Below are positions 25,534-38,011 of a DNA stretch of 64,000 nucleotides, piece by piece (positions within the stretch are counted from its first letter, which is position 1; each line of letters opens with the position of its first letter). The notes below the pieces were generated by a model, which saw only the letters and a program-made list of their open reading frames with translations, was not told the DNA's origin and did no database searches. Source of the DNA: Moniliella sp. 'wahieum'. Lineage: Eukaryota. The stretch lies in assembly GCA_003971905.1 (NCBI GenBank), contig RSEE01000032.1, positions 434,001 through 498,000 of the forward strand, read 5' to 3'. The position numbers and the translations under genes are program-made.

Positions 25534-26660
25534 CTCAGTACTCATTCGTGCCTGACTAGCTGACTAGTAACTAGTAACTAGTGCCTGGTAGTACCTGGCC
25601 CATGGGGCATGTGTCACTTCGGATTCAGAAGGGTCTAGTTCTGAGAGTATCGTATGGACATCCGATTGTCGAGATCATGGATTGCTTAGTCGAGCGCTGA
25701 TCACGATCTGCTCCGGCGATCTTCCGTCCCCTTCCGTCCCGCGTCCAACGCCCAGATCCAAGATAATCGATATCGATAATCAGAACCACGCATCATGCAT
25801 CCCGTGTCACATATCTCAGACGCAGATGGAATATGGAGCACAGTAGCCGCGGGTAGCCAGTAGCCCCAGGTACCCCTGGCACACCCTGAGCCTGACGCGT
25901 GAGACGGCTCAGAGTGCTGAGGCTGAGCCGCTCAGGCTGAGCGAGCATGCTGAAGCTGACATGTGACATGCATGTGACAGATCTGGGCATCATGCATCAT
26001 GCATCATGTGCATCATGCGTCAAACGCCACGCGCCACGCCAATCTCCATGCGACACCATGAGCAAGTGTCGCGAGGCGTGACGGGACTTAAGCTCTAAGA
26101 TCCAACATGTGTATTGGACGCGATGCAGCTGTGCTGATGCACTGATGCATGAGAGCAGCACGCAGCACACAGCTGTGACGCACGGACGCAGCCCAAACAA
26201 GGTCTTAACAACTAAGATCGGGCATAACGTCCACAACGGTGATCTGGTGATGATGATGCTTGCAAGTCCCGCCCGGATTGAAGAGTGACTAGGCTAGTGA
26301 TTCCCATTGGATGGACAGCGATTATGCAGTGATCAAATGTTAATTCACAATTCCACGCTCCACCGTCGGAGGACCGTTACGCGTACGCAACACGTTTTAA
26401 AAACGCTTAACGCTAACGTTTAGCGTTTAACGTTTAAGGTTTAACGTTTAACCCGTAGCGCTTAACGTTAAGTTTAACGCTTACCGCTTACCGCTTACCA
26501 CTGAGCCACAGCGTAACTTAACCACAGCGTAACGCGTAACCGCGGGATAACCGGTCACGCGGTAACGGGCTAACCAGCAGGCGTAACGAGTAACGCGTGA
26601 AATGCAACAAGAGGGTGTAACCGGGTAAACGCCTGTTAATTTATAGCACGTGAAGCTTGA
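25534..26660. repeat. Dense cluster of 7-bp-period TNA-[4-bp palindrome] arrays
   Basis: TGA CTAG TAA CTAG TAA CTAG (25561); TGA CATG TGA (25957); TCA TGCA TCA TGCA TCA (25990); ACGT TTA GCGT TTA ACGT TTA AGGT TTA ACGT TTA (26416); TAA CGCG TAA (26530); TGA AGCT TGA (26651). Confidence 0.85.
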
Positions 26661-29213
26661 AGACACGGTAGCGCACAAATGCAGCTTGAGCAACTCTGTT
26701 TGGGTTGTATCTCCCCTCTGCTAGAGTGCGGCTTGGGGAGCGCTCGGGGATCCTATGGGATCAGCTGTAAAGCAGCCTGTAGACGAGGCGTAAAGCTTGA
26801 AGGCAAAGTGGTGAGTCATATGTCACAAGTCTTCAAGCAAGGAGACAGGAGAGACAGAAGGAGTTATTGGAGCGAGAAAAGGGGGTGCACGGCCAGCCAT
26901 CGGAACTCTTCCGGCTGGCTAGGCGAGCGTTACCGGTTACCGTTGATGAGCCCCAGCATTGAGGATTGAATATGGAGGACCGTGCAGGGAGACCCTAGTA
27001 CTTCCGTCAAAAAGCTTTCTCGAGAGAGCTAAAAGGTCTTTTTCTTGGCTCTGTCCGAGAGTAAGCCTATTTCAGCTAGCGCTATAGGCAACCCTCGGCT
27101 AATATGCCTGTGTATCAGGCGTATGGTGTCGTCGCAACAACGTCGAATGGTCACATGTCACAGCGAGCGTGTGGGTTGGTGGATGCTTTGGTTCCCACAT
27201 CATCACCAGAATCACCGGCACACCATGATCGCATGTAATCTCGATAGTCACGCCTGTGACAGATACCATTCTTTTACCAATTAATACGCGTTTCAGCTGT
27301 AAAAAAGCTTCTAACTCCATGATGTATGTGATAACGACTTATTAGCTTTTGAAGCTTGTCGAAGCCAGGGATCGTAATGGCGAGGGAGAGACGAGACTCT
27401 CCCCAACTTGGGCGGCCACCTCATCTGCGTGCAAACGTTGCAAGGCTGAGGCCCTGTGGTGACGCGGTGACGGCGCAGCGTGTGCGCATCGGCAAAGGGG
27501 ACCAGGAGATGCGAGCAAAAACCGTATCGAGTATCCTTGATCGTTTTACCCGATTACACCGCTTTCAAAGGTATATATATATATAGGCAAAGACTGAGGC
27601 GGAGACCTATAAGCTATAAGCGCTAAGCGAAGGGAAAAACACCCTCCTTGTGAGCCCGATGTAACCGGGGCCGGGAGTCAAACCGAATGGCCATTGATTC
27701 ATAAGCGTAAGGGTATAAAGAAGTGGGAGATGAAATGAAGAAAGGAGGGTGGAACCGTAATTGGAAGGATAAACCCAGCAGCATCGATAAGGGCGGCAAA
27801 ACGGGATCATCCATGATCGTGTTCGATAGGAAACAGGACGGTCGAGATAAGGACCACATACAGCAAAACCCTTTTATAGACAGAGAAAGATGCTTTATAC
27901 GTTGTATAGATCAAGATTAATTAGAAGGTAGGTGGGAGGAGCTTCGCATGTTACAACAGCGATGCAAAAACGACAAAAAAGCCAGTGCAGTAACGTGTTT
28001 ATATCTGTCACATGTCACGCGTCACGAGGTACACTTGAGGCCTGGTTCCTTCCGTATATATAAGCAGGCCTGCCTAAAAAGGCTTGCTAGCTGGTATGGT
28101 CCTTATCGACCATCCTTTGATGCTGGATAAGACCCGCACACGCCAGCGAGGCGGAGGAAGGGGAGATTCAAGCCTCAGTACGAAGAGCGTTGCATCACAA
28201 TGTGGAACGAGCTTTGGTAGGTGAAAAAATAATATGCGAGTCTGACGGACGCGATGGTTCGTTGAACACCGTACTAGCTGTGTACATTCATATTCAACTA
28301 CGCTTGTTGAACACGTTGAACCCCGCTATACTGCTTGTACTGTTGAATAAAGCGCACTTGCTCCAAACCTTGCGATTGTTTGAGCCAAGATACAAACTGC
28401 CTCAAACTTATTTGAAACTCGTTCGGGGTATGCCTCTCAGACCAAACCTAGCACCACTTATTGTTTCCGTTTTCCCCTTTTTCTATCATTGCGTTTCTAC
28501 TAGAGAGATACAGTCTAGACCCCTTTTGTTACACGCTTTGGTCCTATATAAGGGCAAAGCCAATCCACGTTTCTTTGGGACCCACCGGTCCCGCGCAGTG
28601 AGAAGTGCCTGCCGTGTGGTATAGCTTTCCCCTTCACCAACTCTCTCGATCACCCTCGACATCTCAACACGTACTATGTCTGGCTGACAGCTGACAAAAA
28701 GGTGTCTCCCTCAAGCTTACAGACCAATAAGTTCCGAATCTTTCAGATCTGCACCTTTTGTGCCGTTCCTCTACTTGATATCGTATAGCAAGCGCAAGGG
28801 TGAACCGTGGACCAATCATCGTTGGAGCTGATGTTGGCCACCACTGGCAGTAGTGCCTACATATTAGAACCTTAAGTTCGGGGTACTCCACGGTGGGGAA
28901 AATTCGCGAGAATAACGGGGGGGTTTCAGGTCTTCAGTGCACGCGTACTTCATGCCAATGCCGTTTGAGCCATCCTTCCTGGAGTATCGTTTTTTCCTTA
29001 CCACCCGGACCCGCTTTTCGACACCCACAGTCTAATGGGGAGGGGAGGGGGTATAGAACATACGATGATATATACCACGCTGTGCACACCAGCAATAAAA
29101 ACCAGGGAGGGAGGTGTGCAACAGTGTCTTCGCTCGCGCAATCACAGACGAATGGGAAATAGCCACGATGGAAAATGGTGGTGTCCGTGCGTGTGTTAAT
29201 ACTTTCTCTTGTG

Positions 29214-31222
29214 TTATCGGAGCACGTTCTTGTTGCGAGGGTAGTCTTTCCCAGGCACCAAGGCAAAATAGTCGTGTTCCAACGCTTCGCGAGCAGAGAT
29301 GCGCTTGCTGGGGTCGGGCTCAAGAAGACAAGTAACTAGTTCCGCGAAGCAACGGTCGTGGGCCGCATACCTAATCTCCATAGCGTTGGGGCGAAAATTG
29401 GCCAGTGGCTTCTTCGGGATGGCGTCGGAGGTACGGACTGACCCATCATGGCGAAACAGTTGGCGGCGCTTCCTGCGGGACAAACGGTCCAAGATACTGG
29501 TAGGCATGACCCCCAGCGCGCTTTCCAGTTCTGCTAAAATGGGCGTGTCGCTGGCTTCAAACAAGTAGGTTGTGGTCTTGTGCTGATTATACGCATCCAG
29601 CGTCGGGAAGAAGTCCTGCTCGGCAGGACCAAAGGGGAGCTTACCCTTCACCAGCTGCAGCATCAAACATCCTGATGCCCACATGTCGAGGGAAGTAAAC
29701 CAGGGTTCTGTGTGAAGCAACGCCTCCGGCGGCCGGCACGCCTTAGGAAGGGCACTAGGACTGTTCCTGGGGGGCGAGCACGAACCTGGGACACGCCAAT
29801 TACATGAATGACGGTAGAGAAGAGGAAAGGAACAAGCTCACAATGCGCATCGGGAATGAGGCCAGCAGTGGTGCTGTCAAACATGATGCGGTCGGCGGTG
29901 AGATTGCCATGAACAAGGCCTCGGTCATGAATCGACGAGAAAGACAAAGACTTGCTTCATGATGGACTGAACATGTTCCATCGGGAACGCACGGCCTTTC
30001 AAACCATCCTTGATGAATTGGCCCACCGGGCAAGCTTTGCTATCAAACACGGTGCAGAGTTGCTTGCGGTTGTATAGAAACACCTCCCGCACCCGAGCCC
30101 AGCCGATCACATCCAGCTTCAAGGCGCCAAGACTACGCAGAGCCGGGCCTGTCGGAAGGCTTCATCACGCATGGCCTTGTCTGTGCCACTCACCTTGATC
30201 ACCACCTCTTGGTTGGTGGTCATGTCAACGCCCTGGAATGCATCCCCGTACTTACACTGGCCACGGCGGCCCATGATGCGGTAGCGATGCGCTAAAATAA
30301 AAGAACAATCCCAATGGTACGTATACTTGAGGGCAGGACCGAGGACTTGCGTTCCGCCAACGCGGGAGAGATACTGCATCTCTAAGGGGTCGTCATTCTC
30401 TTCTTCGTCTGATGAGGGAGACTGACCACGGCAAAATGACGGTTAGTGGTACTACACGTCGCGGTTACGCAGGTACATACGCACGCTTGGTTCAGCATGA
30501 TGGGTATCGAGGCTGTCAAGATTTCCTCGCATGTTGCAGGGTGCTGGAGGGGTATCAAGGTTGTGCTGTGGCTGGGAAGAGGGGTTTACCGCGGCGGAGG
30601 CAAGGGGAGGGAATTGGAAAGAAGGAGCAGGGTTGACACTCTTGATGGTTGGACGATCAGATTCGAGGGAGCGGCGCATAGTAGCATGTGAAGGGCCATT
30701 GACTCTTCTGTCGTCTTCCATATGGACGCGATTGGTGCCAGCGATGGAGGGAAGAGGGTGAGAAATGAAACGAGGATGCATCACTTGGTGCTTGTCAGGG
30801 ACTGGGTCCCTATCACCCGTATCATCCGCCTTGCGCTTGCAATGCTCTTGTGCAGGCGTGGGACAAATGGTTGCAACAGTGGCGGCCGCGGAATCCGGCG
30901 GCAAGTCCGATCTCTGATGATGGATCGGTGATGGCCGACAGATGGAGCGGCGACGGCGGGGAGGATTGTGGACCGACCATGGGAGAGCGTAGGGATGGAT
31001 CTGCTTAGTAGCAGAAAAGTGGCGAGCGATGGGTGCGGGCACAGCACCTGAAAAAGGACGGGGATTCTGACGACGGCGTATGAGACCATCATTTGTAGCA
31101 AAACTGCTGCGCTGGTGCGGCAGGGCCACCTTGACGCGCCGGCTAAGCTGGGCGATGCTGGGAGGTGAGGCCGGGGTGCGTCGGAATCGGGTCGAGCTGG
31201 AGAAACTGGGCAGTGACACCAT
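29214..31222 (-). CDS. CMGC (LAMMER/CLK-like) kinase-fold protein lacking catalytic motifs; probable pseudokinase
   Basis: Subdomains in order across frames: RYRIMGRRGQCKYG, VVIKV, FPMEHVQSIMKQV, IHDRGLVHGNLTADRIMF, RPPE, LDMWASGCLMLQLVKGKLPF, LAELESALG, LLEPDPSKRISAREALEHDYF. Confidence 0.75.
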
Positions 31223-32119
31223 AGTCGTTGCTGTCGTTGGGGGTGTAGCGGACGTGGTATCAGTCTGCCTGCGCCAAAGGAGGTGGAAAAAGGGATGGAA
31301 GGCTGGGGGGGGGGGGGGGGGGGCACGCCCCGGGAAGCGTTGAGTGAGATTGTTTAAATGAGAGTCGCTTGTTAGTGGCTCGTGCTCAGAATGGTAACGC
31401 AGTTAATTCTGGTGGTAGCCGTCACCCGCGTCACCGGCCCTGACGGGTGACCGACGGGGCCGGGACAGGGCGGGGAAGCCGTTCGAGGGCACTCCGCGTT
31501 TCACGGCCAGCATAATCGATAATCCCACATTATTCGCCTTTATGTCGCGAAACAATCATTTGTTAACCTCTGTGGACAGTGAACATGGGCGCACCACCGA
31601 CAACAGACGCCAAAAACGGATTGCTATCATGAAAACAGGTGATGTGACGGTAATGTATACGGAATGAATGAACACAACATTGGGTGGGAGAGGGGAGAGA
31701 CTGAGAGATGTGATGGTGAAAAAGCATGATAGGGATCGAGAGAGAAAAGAAGAACGTGTTGTAAACTGCTTTTACACTTGTGTAGAATGATAGATGATGA
31801 ATGGTGGTAAAACCGTGCGAGCCGTTACAGCGGCGGAGTAATGGCCGCAGCCGCAAGCGAGAAGTGATGGAGTAAGGGGAATGTGGAAAGACAAAACAGT
31901 CAAATCATACGATGGGGATACCCTATGACTTGAAAAGGGGGCTGCCCGAAATGCACATCGAATATACACTAGTATACACTCTGTGCCTCTCGAAAAGTCT
32001 CTTCTTCGGCCTGCGGCGTGCCAAAGTTGAGACGTTCTCAGTGTCCGCTCATTAGGTGCGAATGAGGATAAGAAAGCGGTTAAGGGCGTTCCGGTTGATA
32101 GCAGAGTACGATTCCTCGT

Positions 32120-32243
32120 CATCGGGGCTAGTCACTTTGGTAACACCTTCTGCTCCCTGCAGTGCCTTGTGCACCGCATCTGTCGAAGGCACCCAGACGC
32201 GAGCCACCTCCCCTGTTCCGACTGCAATGTGAATGTGCGTCAT
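32120..32243 (-). pseudogene. Possible degenerate Atx1/HMA-type metal chaperone fragment
   Basis: MTHIHIAV...DAVHKALQGAEGVTKV resembles the HMA beta1-helix1-beta2 region; an out-of-frame SGC precedes the helix, but no intact CxxC. Confidence 0.3.
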
Positions 32244-33789
32244 TGGTAGAAAAGAAGATCTTCAAACAGAAGAGGAAACAGAATGTCAGTACTTCTCGTC
32301 TTACAAAAAGACGTCGGGCAATACGCTTCATTGAGAGAGAGGAATCTGCTAAAAAGCCCTGTAGCATGTTGCGAACAGGAGAGTACCGTAGCAGCCGCTC
32401 TCCATTGACCAAAACATCGTCCTTCTTTTTCTCTCCAGCCGCCACAATTCCGGCCTCTCTTCTTTCGCGAGAAATGGGTTGGCGGCACTCACCAGAGCCA
32501 GCACGGGATGATGGTTGGATGAGGTGGAGCGCGGGAGTAAGTCAACACGGAAAGACGATGTGGTAGTGAAGGTGAGGGCACATTCGCAGCATAGACGAAA
32601 GCAGAGGGGGCAATTAAATACGTTTGCATCTACCCCATTATGTGGCGCTACCTGTGTGGGCGCAGTTGTGGGGCAGGGTGCCCACAGGAGCCTCATTAAA
32701 TTTGCACACAGCCGATGTGCCGCCCTGTCCTCCGACCCCTACTAGTTCCGCATCGGCTCCTAGTGATATACATGTTCTCGTCCCCATCGTTATTGTGTGG
32801 AGCATATTGGAACAGAGGACACCAGACCCCTGTCCCCACGCCGAAAGGAGAACCCTCGGTCCGGTTCGGTCCGGTCCGGGTATCGGCATCAGCGCATTTT
32901 CTCTTTTTTGCCCTGCTCACATAACCAACACATCTCCTAAAGGAACCGCTCGATCGAGAGAGACATTCGTATGGTGCAAGATACTCTCCTGTTGGGTTCA
33001 GCTATATATCTTACGAGAGCTCGATCATGATATGCATGATCGCATGATCGGGCCTACGACCCGGGCTGTGCCCCGTATGTGTGTGAGAGGCTGTTGTGGT
33101 TACAGTTCCTTTGATTGCGTGTGTCTGGGGCTTCGCCCCATCAGCCTGTTTCATGAGATAGCGGCGGGGCCCATATTCTCTTTTCCTCGTTCCATTGCAG
33201 CATCAGGAATAATCTGGGCAAGCCGTGGCTGTCGATGACCATTCGGGATGAGGCCTGAGGAGGTGACAGAGGAACATGTTTTGGCGCTGAGAAAACTGAG
33301 TTATAAATGGCGAAGACTGGTTTGTGAAGGGGTGACGCAGGTGGAGAGTTTGTTGCGTATCATCGAAGGTGGACGATAGGTACAGTATGACGCAGGGCTT
33401 TTCACAGTCTCTACATCTTGTTCGGTCACAGCTGATCAATAACTCTCTATCACCTATATATCATTGTCGCAAGATGAACGGTTAGGTTTAGACGTAGCGT
33501 TCCCTGTCCCAGCCTTAAGCTCTGTCAATGAAATGGACGCATCATTGTCGAGCGCCTCTCCTTGTTTCGCTCCTTCTCTTCTCTGTGCAAAGTAATACAC
33601 CTCATATCCGTTACATGGCCACATAGATATGAGTTGATTGTGAATGACTCTTTAACGTTATGGTTCTCTGTTCTCGCAGTTTTTTCGAGTATGCGCATTG
33701 GGCTGAAGGATTGAGAGAGTGAATGAGACTCAGATGGATGAGCAACTATTTCTGTATTTAGGAAGAGTAGCAGCTGGGCTCAGCATTAC

Positions 33790-33883
33790 GGAGTAGTGAC
33801 GCAGCGGTTAGCGTGTGAGATTGCAATGTCCTTGAGGCGTGTGTATCATCTTGAAGTCGTTGGTTCAAGTCCGACCTACTCCT
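33790..33883 (+). tRNA. tRNA-Cys(GCA) with intron (about 33827-33847)
   Basis: Perfect acceptor stem GGAGTAG/CTACTCC; U73 discriminator typical of Cys; D-stem ACGC/GCGT; anticodon GCA at 33823-33825; T-arm GTTGG TTCAAGT CCGAC; T5 at 33886-33890. Confidence 0.88.
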
Positions 33884-34293
33884 GATTTTTAGATGTTTTT
33901 TGGATATGCCGGGTTCAGGGCGCCAGTTCTATGCTCTCGAAACTCTGAAAGGACCCGAGGATGGCGATGAATGGCCTGAGCCCTGAATCTCACAGAGATT
34001 CAACGCCAGAGTCGTCAGCACGCCTCCGCGCATGCTGATGAGCTGAGCGATGAACTTCATCTCGATGAGCCGCCGCTCAGGGTAAGATAATCACACACTT
34101 GGCAAATTGCACTTGAGCCTCTGACCTCAAATTTGAAATGGCAGGAGAATGATATGTCGCAGGTCGCATGAGAAGGCGGCAATCCCAAATTTTACGACTA
34201 TCGTTCCAACGGCCTCTTTTCCATCTCCATCTCATCACCAGGCGGGGACGACTGGCCCCAACGAGCATCGTCTTCTGCCTTCTTCTTCCGGAA

Positions 34294-36604
34294 ATGGGTA
34301 GGAAAGGTGGTGGCACAGCCAAAGGCGGTGCCAAGGGTGGCAAGGGCAGAATGCTGCTGTCCAGCAGGCTAAGCGGGAAGCGGCTCTTGCGGCGTGGAAG
34401 AGACGGCAGCAAACAGCCCACGCAGCCCAGCGTGAAGAGTCTGAATTTACTCGCCTTGACGCGGCCACGCTCGAGCAACTGAACCTCCATGCAGCCTACG
34501 ATCTTTTCCCCCGCCCCATTCCTGGACGCCTCACCGTGTTCGGGCATGAAGCGTATGAGTACGAGTTTGGCCCTAATGGGGACCAACTGTCTGGGGCCTT
34601 CCGATGGGACGGCTCCGACCGCCACCCTGAGCAAACGGAAGCAGCAACAGCGTCTCCAGCCTCGTCTGAACCTGCCCAAGAAGCCAAAGTGGAACAGAGT
34701 AATGAGCACCAAAGCGGTCCAGTCCAATGAGAAGGAGGCGTTTCGGGCATGGCTCGAACAGACTGATATGCAGGTTGCACAATTTTTTGGGCAGCAAGGC
34801 GTTGATGAAGAGCAAGAAGCGGAGGAGGAACGCAAGCTAAAGAAGATGCCTCTGGTTTCCTAGCTGCCCTCGAACGGAGAACAGGCGTTTCCAGCGAAGT
34901 AGCTCGGACGGACGGAGGAAGAGGATCCCCAGCGCGAAGCAACCTCTGCCCAAGCTCGGCGTTTGGCTATCCAAGACCCCTATCGGGCTCGGATTCCAAC
35001 ACAGTATGAACGCAACCTATTTGTATACCAGCAGCTATGGCGCGTTGTTGATCGTTCCCATATTTTGCTCGTCCTAATGGACGTTCGTGCGGCTCATCTT
35101 CACCTCCCCCCAGTTTGCAGGCCTACCTGCAGCGCAGGGCTCACAACCGCGTGCGACGTACCATCCTGTCTTGACCAAAACCGACCTAGTTACTCCTCAA
35201 ATCACCCAGGAATGGGTCAACTACTTGACACGCAAGTTTCCCCACTGGTCTGTCGTTCCAACTTCGAGCTACATGCGTCTCCAGCCTTTGGAAGGACAAG
35301 GTATGCTCACTCCAGGTTACTTGTGATTAAGGATTGTTTACTGATGAAGGTTATATATAGGTCAACGAATCCGTACCCAGCCTTTCATCTCGGACGATTC
35401 GCACGCACGTTTGATCGACGCAATTCAACGTGAATACGACACTCTCCTTCAGCAACCTGCCGGAAAGGAGAGTCACGACGAGCCTGCATTGGGAAAGGTT
35501 GACTTTGATCGTCTTCGCCGTGGGGTGGTTAGTGACCAGGACATGGCTGCTGGTGCTGCCGAGAGCAAGTCTGGCCCTGAAAACAAGAAGAATACCAAAG
35601 AGAGGGGTGATATCCCGTCATCTCTCCCTGCCGATTTGGTGGTGGGGTGTGTGGGACAACCCAACGTGGGTAAATCGTCATTAATTAATGCTTTGCTCGG
35701 GGCACGACGGGTTCACGCGAGCAAGACCCCAGGCAAGACAAAACACTATCAGACCCATGTCCTGGCGTCTCGGCCTCCTCGTTCGCCCAGCCCTTCATTG
35801 ACGGAATCGCAGGTGAAGGCTGGCGATCCTGCCTACTCTCGCGTCGTATTGTGCGACTCACCGGGGCTGGTATTTCCTATGTTTTCAGGGCTGGAAATGC
35901 AGGTCTTGGCTGGGGTGTACAACATTGCCCATGTCCAGGCCGCCAGCGCATGCGTCGAATTTGCAGGCCAGCGCATTCCGCTGGAGGAGGTATTCATCTT
36001 GCGGGGCCGGTGGAGGATAGTGACACGCTACGAGGCATGCGTACTCGCAAACCCGACCCTCGGATGGCCGAATCTGACGCCACCCCCTGGACGGCTGGCC
36101 TTTCCTCGAGGGCATCGCCCACGCCCGCGGGTTCCGGACAGCCAAGGCAGCTCGTCTCGATACCAACCGTGCTGCCAATTGGGTACTTCGTGCTTTGGCT
36201 GAAGGCCGGATCCATTGGGCCTTCCGTCCTCCACCCGACGATTTACATTTGCCTGATACGCGTGACGGGATATGGCTGCGAGATCTGGACTCGACCACGG
36301 AGGAACCCAGTGCCAGTGAAGAGGAAGAGGAGGACCTCCAGGGTGAAGATGACGGCGACAGGCACTCATGGGAGGCTAAAGCGGAGGCTGATCAGACCGA
36401 CCGGACCGATCAGGCGTCCAGGGTATCTGCCTCATATTTGCATGCCCCACCTGTTCCAGAGGCTTCCGAGACGGATTCTGACGTGGATTCCGAGTCCGAA
36501 GTTGAGTCTGGGTCTGAGTCCGAGGCAAGCGAGGGGCGCCCCCCAGCTGCGACGGCCAGTCGTTTGCTGCTTTGCAGATTGATGATGGTGAGGAGTCGGA
36601 GTAA
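34294..36604 (+). CDS. Circularly permuted GTPase, GNL1/Lsg1-like; intron 35301-35360
   Basis: YERNLFVYQQLWRVVDRSHILLVLMDVR, G4 LTKTD, G1 GQPNVGKSSLINAL, G2 TPGKTKHYQT, G3 LCDSPGLVFP; acidic C-terminus. Confidence 0.9.
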
Positions 36605-38011
36605 GCCTACTAGCAAAATAAGAGCCTTGTGTCAATCCCTGCATTAGGCATTTGTCTCCTAGGTACCGACGTTGGCACATGAAACACATTCAGATGATAG
36701 GACACTATTAACATCGTGTCGTTCGTTGAGCTGGGAGAGGCCGGCTGAGCCGCTGGCAACATATATTTCTAACAGTTTTCATGTGTAGTTGAGCGTATGC
36801 ATATGCTACCCCCCACTTGTAGTTGTTAGAGCAAAATGGCCAAAGAGTATTTGGACCGTTCGGTGCGCAGTGGAAAGTGATGAATGCATCAATATCAATA
36901 TACATCATCCCACTGCTTCCCCTGCGCTTTTCTTTCCTCGGTCAGGGACGCCTTATGGGGCCTTTGGTCTCGGGGTATATTAGCACCACAGGCCCCACCC
37001 TGCCCCACCTTGGCTCCGAAGGAAAACTTTTAATCGTTAAAAACCCCAACACATTCTCTTTTCCACAACAGTGGCAGCGCACACATCTCGTGTTGGGGTC
37101 CGCAGTCCAGACCCAGAGAAGGCGCGCGTGTATAACCCTGTGGATGTTGTACAAAGAATATCAAGGCCGATGCAGTGATTGGGCCACCGAGCGCACCGGG
37201 GGATCATCGGGCACTATACTTGTGGGCCATCCATCCCAAAGGCACAAATCCACACGCGAGACGCTCCTCTGCTCCACCGGCCTGGCCAGGCACCGCCGCC
37301 CTTCGCTGTCTCGGCTGGCCTTGGCGAAACGAGCGCAGCTTGGCGTCGTTTGGCGGCTGTCTGCTGCTACCCTTCGAAGTCTGAGATCTTGAAGCTTAAG
37401 CGGCTACACAGAGGGTACCGGTCTGTACCGGCTTGTACCGCCTGGCCCGCGGGACACCCTGGGTACAACGTTAAAACACCAGCGCACAGCAGGTGACATG
37501 TGACATGCGACATGCGATCTGCGACAACCGACAACCCTTGTCGCCACATATGTCACACACCATATCATACACCATTAAAGAGATCATCGATCACACCGAT
37601 CGTCTGGCAGGGATCGGCAGTGCGGCTTCTGCCATAACATGTCAAGGATTTTTGTGGCTTGTGGACACTCCGGCGGCGCCGTGTGGGACCACGTGCACGC
37701 GCCATGGAAGCGCCGCTTGCCCCACAGCAAGTCCAAACCCATAATGCATAGTGCGTAATGGATCATATGACCCATATCCGCGGTCCCGACCACCATCACC
37801 AAAAGGCAAAAGATCGTCATGCTTGGTCCATCAACACCCATATAAGCACCGTGCTGGACGCACAACCGCGGTCCTTGGCTCTCTCCACTCGCCATCCAAC
37901 AGTCGTTCTCTCTTCCTCTCGTTTTGCACCCCGCGCCACCCTTATCAACGCTCTTTTTGTCTCTCTGCCATACGATTGTGGCGGCCACCCTTTAAAGCCA
38001 CCCACCGCAAG

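Noticed and set aside
26400..26520. Interstitial telomere repeat
   Set aside because: No TTAGGG-type 6-mer; the period is 7 bp and fits the TNA-palindrome pattern.
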